The notes under the pieces were generated by a model, which saw only the letters and a program-made list of their open reading frames with translations, had not been told where the DNA came from and did not search any database. Positions 24,537 to 36,737 of a stretch of 64,000 nt of DNA are shown piece by piece; the stretch's first letter is position 1; each line of letters opens with the position of its first letter. The position numbers and the translations under genes were made by a program. The stretch spans positions 3,422,419-3,486,418 of the forward strand of contig MU058198.1 in NCBI GenBank assembly GCA_013265495.1. Direction: 5' to 3'. The DNA is from Vicugna vicugna (lineage: Eukaryota).

Positions 24537-27243
24537 GAATATGACCAGTAACCCAGAAGGTCCCTTGTGCCCCATTCTAAGAATAACCTCTACCCTGACT
24601 TTGAACTCCATAAGTTAGTTTTACTTATTTTTGATATTTATATAAATGGAATCATACCACATATTCTTTTCTAGGTCTGGTTTCTTTTTCAATATTATTT
24701 TTGTGAGATTGCCCATGTCATCAAGTGTAGTTCACTCTCATTGCTGTATAATATTACACTGTATGAATATGCCAAAATTTATTTGTCCATCCCAATGTTG
24801 ATAGGCAGTACTATTTTTCCCCCTACCAGTTCTTGGCTACTATGGAGTGCTATGAATATTCTTGCACATGTCTGGGGAGGACCACATCTATGCATTTCCG
24901 TTGGGCGTATACTTAGGAGTAGAACTTTTAGGCCATAGGATATGTATTTGTTCAGCTTCAGTAGATTTTGCCAAACAATTTTCCAAAGTGGTTTTACCAG
25001 CTTACATTTGGTGGTGGAGGTGGTGGGTAGTTTCTTTTGTGATACAGAAAATATAGAAGCTGTAAAAGAAAAAAAATTATTTAAAATACATTAAAAATTT
25101 TTAGAAGGGCAAAAGGTACCATAAAGAAGCATAAAAAAGATTGGCAACACAGAAGATAAAGATTAATATCTGTGGTATAAACTGCTCCTATAAATTGACA
25201 AGAAAAAGACAACCAAAAAATATACAAAGGCTATGAATAGGCACTTACGTAAGATGAACCAAAACGTATGAAAATGTGCTCAGAATCACTAGCAGTCAGA
25301 GAAATGCAAAAACAAGATTTTTAAAAAAGTAACCAGCATATCACTTTATGTCCATAAATTTGCAAAAATTAAAAAGAAGGCTATAGTAATGGCAGAATGT
25401 CGATAATTGCGGAAGCTGAGTTGTGAGTATTTTGGGGCTCATTATACTATACTATTTTGTTTCAAGATGCTTGAAGATGTCCATCATAAGAAGAAAAAAC
25501 TCAAACAAACAAAAATAAGGAACCAAAGCCTATTGCTGCCAGGGATTTGGGGAAGAGCATGCTCTCATATGGGGCTGGTGGAAATGTAAATTGTTAGGCT
25601 TTTTGGAATGCAGTCTGGAAACAATTGTTCAACATAAAAATTGCATAATCCCTTTGACCTGGAAAATCCACTCATGGGGATCTTTCCAATAAAAATAAAA
25701 GATCTTTATATAAAAATTATTTTTAAAAGTTTATAAAGGTAGAGGTATAAGGGTGCTTATTGGAGCATTGTTCTTAGCACAAACAAGTAGAAACAAAGCA
25801 AGTATCCTTCAACTGAGATATAGCCGACCTAATTACAGAACACCTGCACTTTGGAGTATTACACAGCCACTAAAAATAATAGAGTGTATTAATTAACTTG
25901 GAAAGATTTTTATTAGTTAGAGTAAGAATAGCAAGATGCAGAAAGAGCATTATAGGAACCTACTTTCGTAAAACCAGGTATATGTATATATACATGTAAA
26001 TTATTTTAGGTGAGTAAGGATGAAAATACAGAATACAATATATTGGTTTGTTAACAAGGATTCTGCGGTATGCTAGAGGTGGTGTGTTATACTAAGAAGG
26101 GGGTAAAACCAGCAAAAAAGGAAAAAAATTAAAGCTACTCAAAAAAAATCATATATCTAACCCATGTATGTAAAAGTAGATGTATATATGTGGGGTGTGT
26201 GTATGCATTAATGTGCATATAATTCCTTGCCCAAATGAAATACCTGTTTATATACTATACAGAGCAATTTTAATCTCCATGTTTCCACTCCTTGTTAGTT
26301 CTGTGCATAACTGAGCACTAGAATGCCTTCTCAAACAAAATAGGAGTCTCCTCTTCATCCCGACCATAACAGTAGTACTGTTGAAAAAATTTATGAGCCT
26401 CTCCTTGCTTCACATACAGGATCTTACCTAATCTGTTAACTAACTTGCGAGGAAGGTTTTATTGTGCCCATTCTACAGATGAGCAAACTAAGTTTTAGAG
26501 AGGTTAAGTTTGCCCAAGCTTACAAAGCTAGAATGCGAAGAGGCAGTGATTGAAACCTAAGTCTGCTTGAATCTGTGAACGTAAGCTCCGTTATACTTCG
26601 TTTACCCTATTCTTCTTTTGACTTGCTTTTCCATGGGTTCACCTGGTCTGAATAAAGGAGCCACCAAGGCAGCCGGGCCTGTAACGACCAGGGCAGAAGC
26701 AGTCCTCGTTCACTGGCCGACTAGCCCACTGGCGGACCACACTAGGGTTGGAGGTCAGAGCCCCCGCTGGGACTCCTCTGCCAACACTTTGTCCCCATAT
26801 CTCCCTTGGGGAACTTGTGGTCCCAGATCTCCTCCAGGGACTCACCCACCCCCATATTCAGCACTTAGTTATTTCTCTATTTCCTCCCACCCGGGGTAGT
26901 GAGTAGTCCGACGTCCCCTTATAGCGAAGAGAGGTTAGTGAGCACCCAGGCCTGGGTTTGGAACGAGCATTCTAAGTCCTGTAGGCGGAGCCTTCTGTCT
27001 GTGCCTCACGAGAGGCCTCTAGTGGTAACACTTCAAACTTCAGGCTTACGATTCCATTTTTGAAACCTGCAAAGCAGGTCAACTGATCCCCGTTGTTGGA
27101 AGTCCGCGTATTGGTTACCCGCCCTAAGTTCGGGGGAGAAGGAGGCTAGTGATCGCGAGGAGGCTCGACGGAGTCTTCCGGGCATCTGGTCATGTTCCTT
27201 TTTTTCTTCTTACGGGTGCTGGTAGCAAACTTTGTGTATATCT

Positions 27244-28057
27244 CACTGGTGTGCTGGAGTCGATTCATGAGAGCTGATTTTTACCTTCCCCAGAATTTTG
27301 TGAGCTGTCAGTTAATCATAGCCATTGTAAAAAGTTAAATTATGTAAACTTAAACTAAATATATTGCATTTAAAACAAACGTAGTAAATATTCAAAACTC
27401 ATCACTTCCTAATTATTTTTCTGTTCACTCTGCTCTTGAGATTATTTACATTCATGGTATCTGTTTGCTGGAAATATTGCATAATGGTTGCTGTACATAT
27501 GGCATCCCACTTCCATGCTCAGCGACATCACATTAACGGCTTGAAATCAGCCATAGTGGGAGTATTTACACCATGGAAATCGGCCGATGATACAAATCAG
27601 TGCTTGAGTTATTGTTTTGTTGATTGCCTAGACTTAAGAAAGTGAGGAAGACAATGTCAATACAGGCTGGATTTAAAAGTGTTCTGCCTCTGTGGATGGC
27701 ATAAAAGAAATCAAGGAGGGGGAAGGATATAGCTCAAGTGGTAGACTGCATGCTTAGCATACAGAAGGTCTGGGGTTCAATCCCCAGTACCTCCTCTAAA
27801 ATTAAAAAAGTAATCCTAACTACCTCTCCCACCAAAAAAAAAAAAAGGAATCAAGAAAATATTCTTCATATTTGAAACCTATTATCTGATTCAGCAAAGA
27901 AGCTGTTCACATCATTGAAGAAGGAGTGGTTTCAAAATACGTCTTCACTGTTACATTTTCCTCTTCCTTGTTGTTAATGTAAGCAAGAATATCAACAAGG
28001 GCACACATCAGAACGACATTTAGAGCCAGTTGTTAAAATTTTACCAGCCCACTACTG
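27244..28057. mobile_element. hAT-type (MER63-like) DNA transposon with nested SINE
   Basis: Imperfect TIRs cactggtgtgctgg / ccagcccactactg. Confidence 0.55.
27718..27842 (+). mobile_element. vic-1-type SINE
   Basis: tRNA-like head, poly(A), TSD aaaagaaatcaagga/aaaaggaatcaagaa. Confidence 0.85.
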
Positions 28058-28759
28058 GTTACACGGCAATAAAAGGTTAAAAACAAACAGAGAAACAGGA
28101 TCTATGTTCTTATGGGCGAAGTATGATGGGTCCCAAACATAGTAGCTTTGTTTTATTTCCTTAATAAAAATCTAAGAACATTGTAAAAGAAAACTCTATC
28201 CTCCCCAAAAAACAAAACCTTGCAGTTTCAGCTCCAGGCTTGCTGAGCGCTATGCTGTTGAGTAGCATTTACTTGTGGGGTCAGGGGGAAGTTCCCTTGT
28301 GCAGTAGACACTGTGTCCCACCACTGCGTCCCAGCTGCAGTGAGTGGTGGCTGCTCACAGCTCACAGCTGTCTCCTTCTCCGGAGCATCGCTCTGTGCTG
28401 ATGGGAGCTGTCTCCTGAAAAGTCACCTGGCTGCTCCCTTCTCTGTTGTCCTCCTGATCTCAACGAGGGACCACTCTGCAGTATCATTTATCCTCCACCC
28501 CGCACCCAGACCATGTCTTTGCTTCGTCTGTCCCCCTGCCTTATCCTGTTTCTCACTTGCTTCGTTACAGGTTTCCCCTGAAGAGATTCCCTCAAAACCA
28601 CCCTGCCCTCGAGTCCCTGTCTCAGGCTCTGCTCTGGAGGACCCAACCTCAGATTACCTGGATGTTCGGACTGTGGAAGCAGGAGCACTTTTTGAGAGTA
28701 AGCTCCCACCTCAAGTGGGCTAAACTCTTGCAAATTGATATCTCTTTTGGGGCTTGTTT

Positions 28760-28912
28760 CTAGTGCAGAATCTGGGAATGTGTTACAATGACAACTTCTT
28801 GGCCCCACCCCAGCCCTACTGAGTCAGAAATTCTGAGGATGGGGCCCAGCAATTTGTGTTTCAGCAAACCCTTGAGATGATGCTCATGCACCCTAGGGTT
28901 CAAGAACCCCTG
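28760..28912. mobile_element. MER5A-like element
   Basis: ccccaccccagccctactgagtcagaaattctgaggatggggcccagcaatttgtgttt. Confidence 0.7.
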
Positions 28913-29800
28913 GTCTGAGTGTGTAAGATGCCACTTGCTCAGAGAGGAGACACACCCCACCGATAGGAGACTTATCTCTCCACCTCTCCCCCGGGAATAA
29001 GAGGGGAGGAACCACTCGATGGGGGATTTCTCCCATGAATTCTAAGATCAGAGGTGGGGAAATTGGGACATTGGGCATCTTGGCAAAGCTAAGAAAGCAA
29101 GAAAGCTTTTCATCTCTTTTCTTTCTTCTGTCTTCTTTGCTACACGCTTTCCCTTTGGCTGGCAATAACATGAGCTGAGTTTGGATCTGGGGCCTTGCTT
29201 TTGGGTTGGAAAATGCTACTTTGGGAAACAGTCAGTGATTTGATTTCAAGCTTCTGCTGTATTCATTTTTGGTTCTGCCATTTTCTTGTATTTTCTAAAT
29301 TTGGGTGTGTAATGCTGGTCCTAAGATATCCTTCTGGGTCCTATTGACTTCTAGAACTTGGGAAAAGTGAGACAGGTGAGACTCTAGTTGAAATAAACCA
29401 CCTGATTCCGGAGGTGTTGATGGACCAACAGGATCCAAGCCAGCTCCTGAAGAGGAAGCCAACCCACCTTTGTGAGTCCTTCCAGTCCATCAAGACTGGG
29501 ACTGGGAGGAAGGAGAATGGAAAGGCAGAGAACAATCACAACAAGAGAGAAGATCCGGAGAGTCTGCCAGGCGCCAGGCACCGTGCCAAGAGCCTTGCAT
29601 GTTAAGTCTCATATATTTTTTGTAACAATCCTACCAAATAGGTCCCACCATTACCCACATTTTATAGATGACAAAACTAAGTTACAGAGAAGTTTTTAGA
29701 GAAATTTAGAGCTCACTCTCCTTGGACACACAACTTAAAAACAAAATTAAAGAGCCAGGATTTGAACGTTGATGTATCTGATACCAAATCCCAAGTTCTT

Positions 29801-31082
29801 TTTTGTTCGTTTGTTTTTGTTTTCATATTCTTTTTCATTAAAGTTTATTATAAGATATTGATTATAGTTCTCTGTGTTATACAGAAGAAATTTATTCTTT
29901 TACCTATTTTTATATGTAATAGTTAACATTTGCAAATATCAAGCCCCCAAATTTATCCCTTCCCACTCCCTTTCCCCTGATAACCATAGATTGTTTACTA
30001 TGTCTGCGAGTCTGTTTCTATTTTGTAGCTAAGTTCATTAGTGTCCTCTTATTTCTTTCCTTTCTTTTCTTTTTTTTTTTTTGAACTTGCAGTTAAAAAT
30101 TTTTAATTGTGGTAAAATGCACAACATAAAATTTATCATCTTCATGATTTTTAAGTTACAGTTCAGTAGTGTTAAGTATGTTTGCATTACTGTGTAACCA
30201 ATCTCCAGAACTCTTTTTATCTTGCAAAACTGAAACTCTATACTCATTAACCCCTCCACCCTGTCCCCCCCACTTTAGTCCCTGGCAACCATCATTCTGC
30301 TTTCTGTCTCTATGAATCTGATTACTCTAGGTGCCACATTTAAATGGACTCATACAGTATTCATCTTTCGTGATTGACTTACTTCACTTAGCATAATGTT
30401 CTTNNNNNNNNNNNNNNNNNNNNNNNNNNNNNNNNNNNNNNNNNNNNNNNNNNNNNNNNNNNNNNNNNNNNNNNNNNNNNNNNNNNNNNNNNNNNNNNNN
30501 NNNNNNNNNNNNNNNNNNNNNNNNNNNNNNNNNNNNNNNNNNNNNNNNNNNNNNNNNNNNNNNNNNNNNNNNNNNNNNNNNNNNNNNNNNNNNNNNNNNN
30601 NNNNNNNNNNNNNNNNNNNNNNNNNNNNNNNNNNNNNNNNNNNNNNNNNNNNNNNNNNNNNCAAGTCTGTATTCTCTGTCCATGAGTCCATTTCTGTCCT
30701 GTATTTATGCTTTGTTTTTGTTTGTTTGTTTGTTCCTTTCTTTTCTTTTCTCTTCTTTTCTTTTCTTTTCCTTTTCTTTTCTTTTTAGATTCCACATATG
30801 AGTGATATCATATGGTATTCTTCTTTCTTTTTCTGGTTTGCTTCACTTAGAATGATGATCTCCAGGTCCATCCATGTTGCTGCAAATGGCATCATTTTGT
30901 TATTTTTTATGGCTGAGTAGTATTCCATTGTATAAATATACCACAGCTTCTTTATCCAGTCATCTGTCGATGGACATTTAGGTTGCTTCCATGTCTTGGC
31001 TATTGTAAATAGTGCTGCTGTGAACAATGGTGTGCTTGTATCTTTTCAAATTAGACTTCCCTCCGGATATATGCCCAGGCAT
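29801..31082 (-). mobile_element. Composite L1 3' insertion spanning the gap
   Basis: TSD aaatcccaagttctt/aaatctcaagttctt; ORF2-end peptide FTAALFTIAKTWKQPKCPSTDDWIKKLW. Confidence 0.8.
30404..30661. other. Assembly gap (258 N)
   Basis: Run of n. Confidence 1.
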
Positions 31083-31425
31083 AAATCTCAAGTTCTTAAC
31101 CTCTGTTCTATATGGCTTCTCAAAGAGAAGGTTGTCTGGTCACATTTTGGTTCCTTCATTTCTCTAGGATGAAATAATACTGATGTGAGTTTTATGTTCC
31201 TGTGCAAGCAGTGGTGGCATTTATAGGGTGGTGGTTTATTTGGGGCATTCTAGAATCGTTATCATTAAGGGCTGAGGTTACCTTGGGCACATCACCTCAT
31301 CCTGTAGGATGAATCTTAGCTGGATCCCATCACTAGATGGAATTTGAGATGGGAACTGGATTGGAAGTGAGTTTTTGGGCATGTGTCATTGTGTGACGTG
31401 GTTTGAAGCAATGAGCTCACCTATG

Positions 31426-31553
31426 TTATTTTATTTTATTTATTTTATTTTATTTTATTTCTTCTTCTTTTTTAAATGACGATACTGGAGAATGAACCCA
31501 GGACCTTGTGCATGCTAAGCATGCACTCTGTCACTGAGCTATACCCACTCCCC
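31426..31553 (-). mobile_element. vic-1-type SINE
   Basis: Reverse tRNA-like head plus (ttatt)n tail. Confidence 0.8.
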
Positions 31554-31747
31554 TAGATTACCCATTTTAGGCATCCTTGGGAGCAACAGTTAAGAGGCAC
31601 CTGTGAGATTCTTACCTGACTGTGGGCTTCTCTCTGAGATTACTGGGAGCAGCTCTCAGACTATGGCCAGAATGATTTTTTTTGTTAATAGTATTTTTTT
31701 CTTTCAATTGTGGAAGCTACAACTTTAAAAAAATCTTCATATTCTTT

Positions 31748-32390
31748 GAGTTTTATTGAGTTGTAACTGACATCCAGCACTGTATAAGTTTACGATGTAC
31801 AGCATAATGATTTGATTTACATGCCTCATGAAATGATTATCACAATGAGCTTAGCAAACATCCATCATCTTGTATAAATACAGAATTAAAGAAATAGAAA
31901 AACATTTTTGTTGTAAGAACTCAGAATTTCTTAACAACATTCATATATAACATACAGCAGAGTTACTTATATTTACCATGTTGTAAATTGCATCCTTAGT
32001 ACTTATTTATCTTATAACGGGAAGTGTGTACCTTTTGACTGCCTTCATCCAATTCCTCTCTTCAGCTCCCCTCCCCCTCTGATAATCAAAAATCTGATCT
32101 CTTTTTCTATGAGCTTGTTTTTGAAGTATAACTGACCTACAACACGATGTTAGTTCCTGTTACATAACACAGTGATTCTGTGCTTCTATACATTTCAAAA
32201 TGATCACCACAGTACATCGAGTTACGATACGTCACCACACAAAGGTAGCGCATATTTACTGGCTGTGTTCCCCGCACTGTACATTTCATACCCATGACTC
32301 TTTATTTTGCAACTGGGAGTTGGTACCTCTTCATCCCCTTCATCTGTTTCTTTCCTCCCCTCACCCCAGTTCCTTCTTGCAACCATCTGT
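31748..32390 (-). mobile_element. L1 3'UTR fragment
   Basis: tttattgagttgtaactgacat... L1 tail motifs. Confidence 0.7.
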
Positions 32391-32671
32391 AAGAATAATT
32401 TTTACAGTTACCTTTTCTGGCATCCCCTGCCTGATAGGAGGCTTGGTTTTAAGTCTTTGAGTTACCCTGGGAAAGGAGGAAGGGGACTGCTGGCCTCTAG
32501 GGGAGTCCAAGACTCCTCTCCATCCCTGTCCTCCAAGTGGAAAGCTTTTGCAGTTCGGACTTTGGCCAGATTATTTCGTTTTTTTTTTCCTTCATTCATA
32601 GCTTTGAATGATTCCTCCTTATCTCCCTTGAGGCTGGTGTGGTAGAGAGATCTGGAGCTGCTTCCTGCTGG

Positions 32672-33125
32672 GTGTGTGTGTGTACAGATATGTGTGAGTG
32701 TGTGTACATATGTGTGTGCATGTGTGTGTATGCGTATACATGAGTGTGTATGCATGTGTATATGTGTATAAGTGTATGTGTGTGTTGGTATGAGTGTGTA
32801 TGTATGCATGGGTGTGTGTGTTGTATGTGTGTTTGAATAGTGTGTGTATATGTGTATGTGTGTGAGTGTGTATATGTGTGTGCATGTGTGAGTGTATGTG
32901 AATACGTGTGTGTACGCATATGTGTGTGCGCGTGTCTGTATTTGTGTGTAGGAGTGTGTATGAATGCATGGGTGTATGTTGTATGTTTGTATAGTGTGTG
33001 TATGTATGTATTGTGTGAATGTAAATGTGTGAGTGTGCATGTATGTATAGATGTATGCATGGTATATGTGTGTATGTGTGTATGCATCTGTATATGTGTA
33101 TGCGTGTGAGTGTGTGTGTGTGTGT
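32672..33125. repeat. Degenerate TG/TA low-complexity tract
   Basis: ~450 bp of tgtg/tatg units. Confidence 0.95.
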
Positions 33126-33149
33126 TTGGTTTAGAAGAGTTTTGTTCTA

Positions 33150-33426
33150 AGAAATAGACCCACGGACATAGAAAATAAACTGGTTGCCGAGGGGAAGCTG
33201 GGGGAGGGATAGATTATGAAGTGGATAAGCAGCAAGGACCTACTGTACAGCACAGGGAACTATAATCAATTCCTTGTAATGAGCCATAATGGAAATGAAA
33301 TGGAAAAAAAATGTATGTATGTATGTGTACATACAACGGAATCGCTTTGCTGTACACCTGAAACGAACATTGTAAATCTACTGCACTTCAATAAAAAATA
33401 AGAATAATTTTCAAAAGGTGAAAAAG
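33150..33426 (+). mobile_element. Short L1 3' end
   Basis: 17-bp TSD agaagagttttgttcta/agaagagtttggttcta. Confidence 0.85.
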
Positions 33427-33815
33427 AGAAGAGTTTGGTTCTAGGTAGATCTTTGATAAACATCCTTGGCCCCTGGATTTGTCTTTCCTCGTCATTAGAG
33501 CGGTGAGAGCTGGTCTAGAGGTTAAGGGTGGCTACAAAACCTACGTACAGCAGGGGGCAGTAGAGTGTAGCGGTTACAAGTGTGGGCTTTGCCGCTCTGA
33601 TTGGGTTTGACCCCTGGCTTCACCCCGTGGTTCCCATGCGTTTGTGATCACACACCTCTCGCAATGAGAAAGTTTTCGAATACGCACCCTCAAACATATG
33701 TAGCATAATTGCTAAATTATATACACAATTCCTGTCCTAATATTACAGATGAATATACTATAAAACATAACAAAATTGAAATTAAATATAGAGAAAATGC
33801 TGAGAATAACTTCTT

Positions 33816-33926
33816 TGGGGAGAGGTAATTAGGTTTATTTATTTATTACCAGAGGTACAGGGGGTTGAAGTCTGGACATCGTGCATGTTAAGCAAGCACT
33901 CTGCCACTAAGCTGTACCCTCCACTC
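33816..33926 (-). mobile_element. vic-1-type SINE
   Basis: TSD gagaataactt/gagaatacctt. Confidence 0.8.
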
Positions 33927-34098
33927 GAGAATACCTTTTAAGAATGCTTTTTTGAGATGTAGTTGACCATCAACTGCACATATTAGAAGTGCACAACTCT
34001 GTGTAAGTCTGGCCATATGTATACACCCAAGAAACCATTACACAATCAAGAAAGTAAATAGAACCATGACACCCCAAAGTTTCCTCGTGTCCCTTTGT

Positions 34099-34238
34099 TT
34101 TGTTTTTTTTTAAATTTAATTTGGAGGGAGTAGGTAATTCGGTTTATCTACTTATTTTTGGTGGAGGTACTGGGGATTGAACCCAAGACCTCATGCGTAC
34201 GAGGCGTGTGCTCTACCACTGAGCTACAACCCCAACCC
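34099..34238 (-). mobile_element. vic-1-type SINE nested in old L1
   Basis: TSD gtgtccctttgt/gtgtctctttgt. Confidence 0.85.
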
Positions 34239-34754
34239 AGTGTCTCTTTGTAATGCTCCTTCCCACCCTTCCTGCTCTCCTATCCCTCCAATCTGCCTTC
34301 TGTCCCTATACATTAGTTCGCAGTTTGTGGCGTTTAACATAAATGACATACATCTTTTGGAGGGAGTCTGACTTCTTTCACTCGGTATAATTATACTGAG
34401 TTTCAAGAGAATTACGGATGAAAGCATTAAGGATGAAATACACTTTTAAAATAAAATGTTGTTTGTTTCATGGTACAAAATATTTTGCTCTCAGGTTATT
34501 TTCATGTTCTGGTTGCTAGATTTTTTTTCCCTTTTACAGTTGAATTTAAATTTTTTTCTCTTTTTCATTTTTCAGTTTTATCAGGCAAAATCGATACCAT
34601 TTGACTGCACATATATAATATATTGCATGTAAATACATATATACAACATAATGCACTTATTTTTTTAAATTTACATATATGTACTGTTCATTGTTTCTAA
34701 GAACTGTTTAGAGCTTTAGCTTTTTAAAAATTTGTTTATTTTACAATATCATAT

Positions 34755-35150
34755 TTTTTTAACTGAAGTATAGTTGATGTACAATGTTATATGTTACATG
34801 TATACAATATAATGATTCACAATTTTTAAAGGTTATAGTTATAGTTATAGTTACTATAAAATATTGGCTACTTTCCTCATGTTGTCCAATACATCCTGGT
34901 AGCTTATTTTATACCTGAGAGTTTGTACCACTTAATCCTCCACCTCCACCTTGTCCCTCCCCTCTTTCCCTCCTCCCACTGGTCACCACTAGTTCCTTCT
35001 CTACATCTGTGAGTCTGTTTCTTTTCTGTTATACTCACTAGTTTGCTGTATTTTTTTAGATTCCACATGTAAGTGGTATCTTACAGTATTTGTCTTTCTC
35101 TGTCTGACTTATTTCTGTTAGCATAATGCCCTCCAAGTCCATCCATGCTG
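34755..35150 (-). mobile_element. L1 3' end
   Basis: aactgaagtatagttgat...agattccacatgtaagtg. Confidence 0.8.
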
Positions 35151-35543
35151 TGCACTGGAAACTAATACAACATTTTAAATCAACTCTACTTCAATTAAAA
35201 AGCAAACAAACAATCAATTTAAAATATGGGCAGAAGAACTGAACAGACATTTTTCCAAAAGAGGAAATGCAGATGGCCAACAGGAACATGAAAAGTTGCT
35301 CAACATCACTAATATCAGGGAAATGCAAATCAAAATTACAACATCATCTCACAGAAATTTTTTTTCTGATTTTAATTTTTGAATAGGGAATACGGTCTAA
35401 CCAGATGAAAAGGTATAAAATGAAAAGTCCCCCTTCAATTGCTAGCTCCCATCCACCTAAGTTGCACTGTGTCTTCTCACCTTCCAGGTCACCACTTTGA
35501 TTAGTTTCTTAAGTATCTTCAAGATTTTCTTAAGCAAAGATAA

Positions 35544-35702
35544 GGGGGAGGGTAAATAAAGCTGAGTGGTAGTGTGTGGTTAGCACACAGGAGGTCCTGG
35601 ATTCAGTCCCCTGTACCTCCATCAAAAAGAAAAAGTATTCTGAAACATTGTGCTGTACACCAGAAATTGACACATTGTAACTGACTATACTTCAATAAAA
35701 AA
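35544..35702 (+). mobile_element. vic-1 SINE fused to L1 3' tail
   Basis: One 18-bp TSD pair flanks both parts. Confidence 0.7.
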
Positions 35703-36246
35703 AAGATTTGCTTAAGCAAATATGAATATATATGTACATATATATATTTTTGTATTCTCTCATCTTTTCACAGAAAAGATAGCTTATTTATTTAGAGTGA
35801 TACACCCTGTTCTGCAATTCGCTTTTTAAACTCAATCTATCTTGACAATCTCTTCATACCAGTTTGTCAGAAGTTTTTTGTTTGTTTTTGTTTTGTTTTG
35901 TTTAGTTTTTACAGTTTCGTGGTTCTGTACTTTATTTAGCCTGATGACACGTGGGTGGTTTCCAGTTTTTTTTTTCTCCTGGAAAAAACAATGCTGCATG
36001 AAGTAATCTTGTGTATATGCCATTTTACAAGTGTGCAAATGTATTCGTAGGGTGAATTTTTAGATGTTGAATGCTGGCTCAGGAGTGTATAAATGAATAA
36101 CTTTGATTAACAGCGCTCACATGACCTTCACAGAAGTTACACCAATCAACGCACCCACTTGTATTGGACAAGAGTGTCTATTTTCCCTATAGGCACACCA
36201 GTAGTGTTTATCCAACTTTTGGATTTTTTTTCCAGTATCAAAAATG

Positions 36247-36737
36247 AAAAATGATATCTCAGGGTACTTTTAATTTGCATTTGTCTTCATGAGACTACAG
36301 TTCAATTGGATGCTTGGTTTTTTAAATATCTTGCTAATTGTGATGGTTTCGTAACATTATTAACTAACATCTCAAGGCATGAAAAGTACCAAGTGCTAGA
36401 TTATGTGGTTTTCTTGAGTTTCCCATGAGAATAAAGATGCTTGTTAAGTGTTTAGATTCTGATTCACTGGAGTTGCATCAAATGCATGTTACAAAAATGA
36501 TATCTCAGGTTACTTTTAATTTGCATTTGTCTTCATGAGACTACAGTTGAATTGGATGCTTGGTTTTTTTAAATATCTTGCTAATTGTGATGGTTTCGTA
36601 ACATTATTACCTAACATCTCAAGGCATGAAAAGTACCAAGTGCTAGATTATGTGGTTTTCTTGAGTTTCCCATGAGAATAAAGATGCTTGTTAAGTGTTT
36701 AGATTCTGATTCACTGGAGTTGCATCAAATGCATGTT
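36247..36737. repeat. Direct tandem duplication, 244/245 bp
   Basis: Copies 36247-36490 and 36493-36737; 3 substitutions + 1 indel. Confidence 0.95.

Noticed and set aside
27192..27338. 48-aa hydrophobic ORF after the orphan promoter
   Set aside because: T-rich and runs into a DNA transposon; no independent support
30350..31027. ORFs across the N-run and adjacent L1 peptide
   Set aside because: Gap artefact and truncated L1 ORF2 end
31394..31401. UPRE-like TGACGTGG
   Set aside because: Isolated 8-mer 12.5 kb from ERN2; expected by chance
32462..33109. His/Thr- and Cys/Val-rich ORFs
   Set aside because: Translation of the TG/CA low-complexity tract
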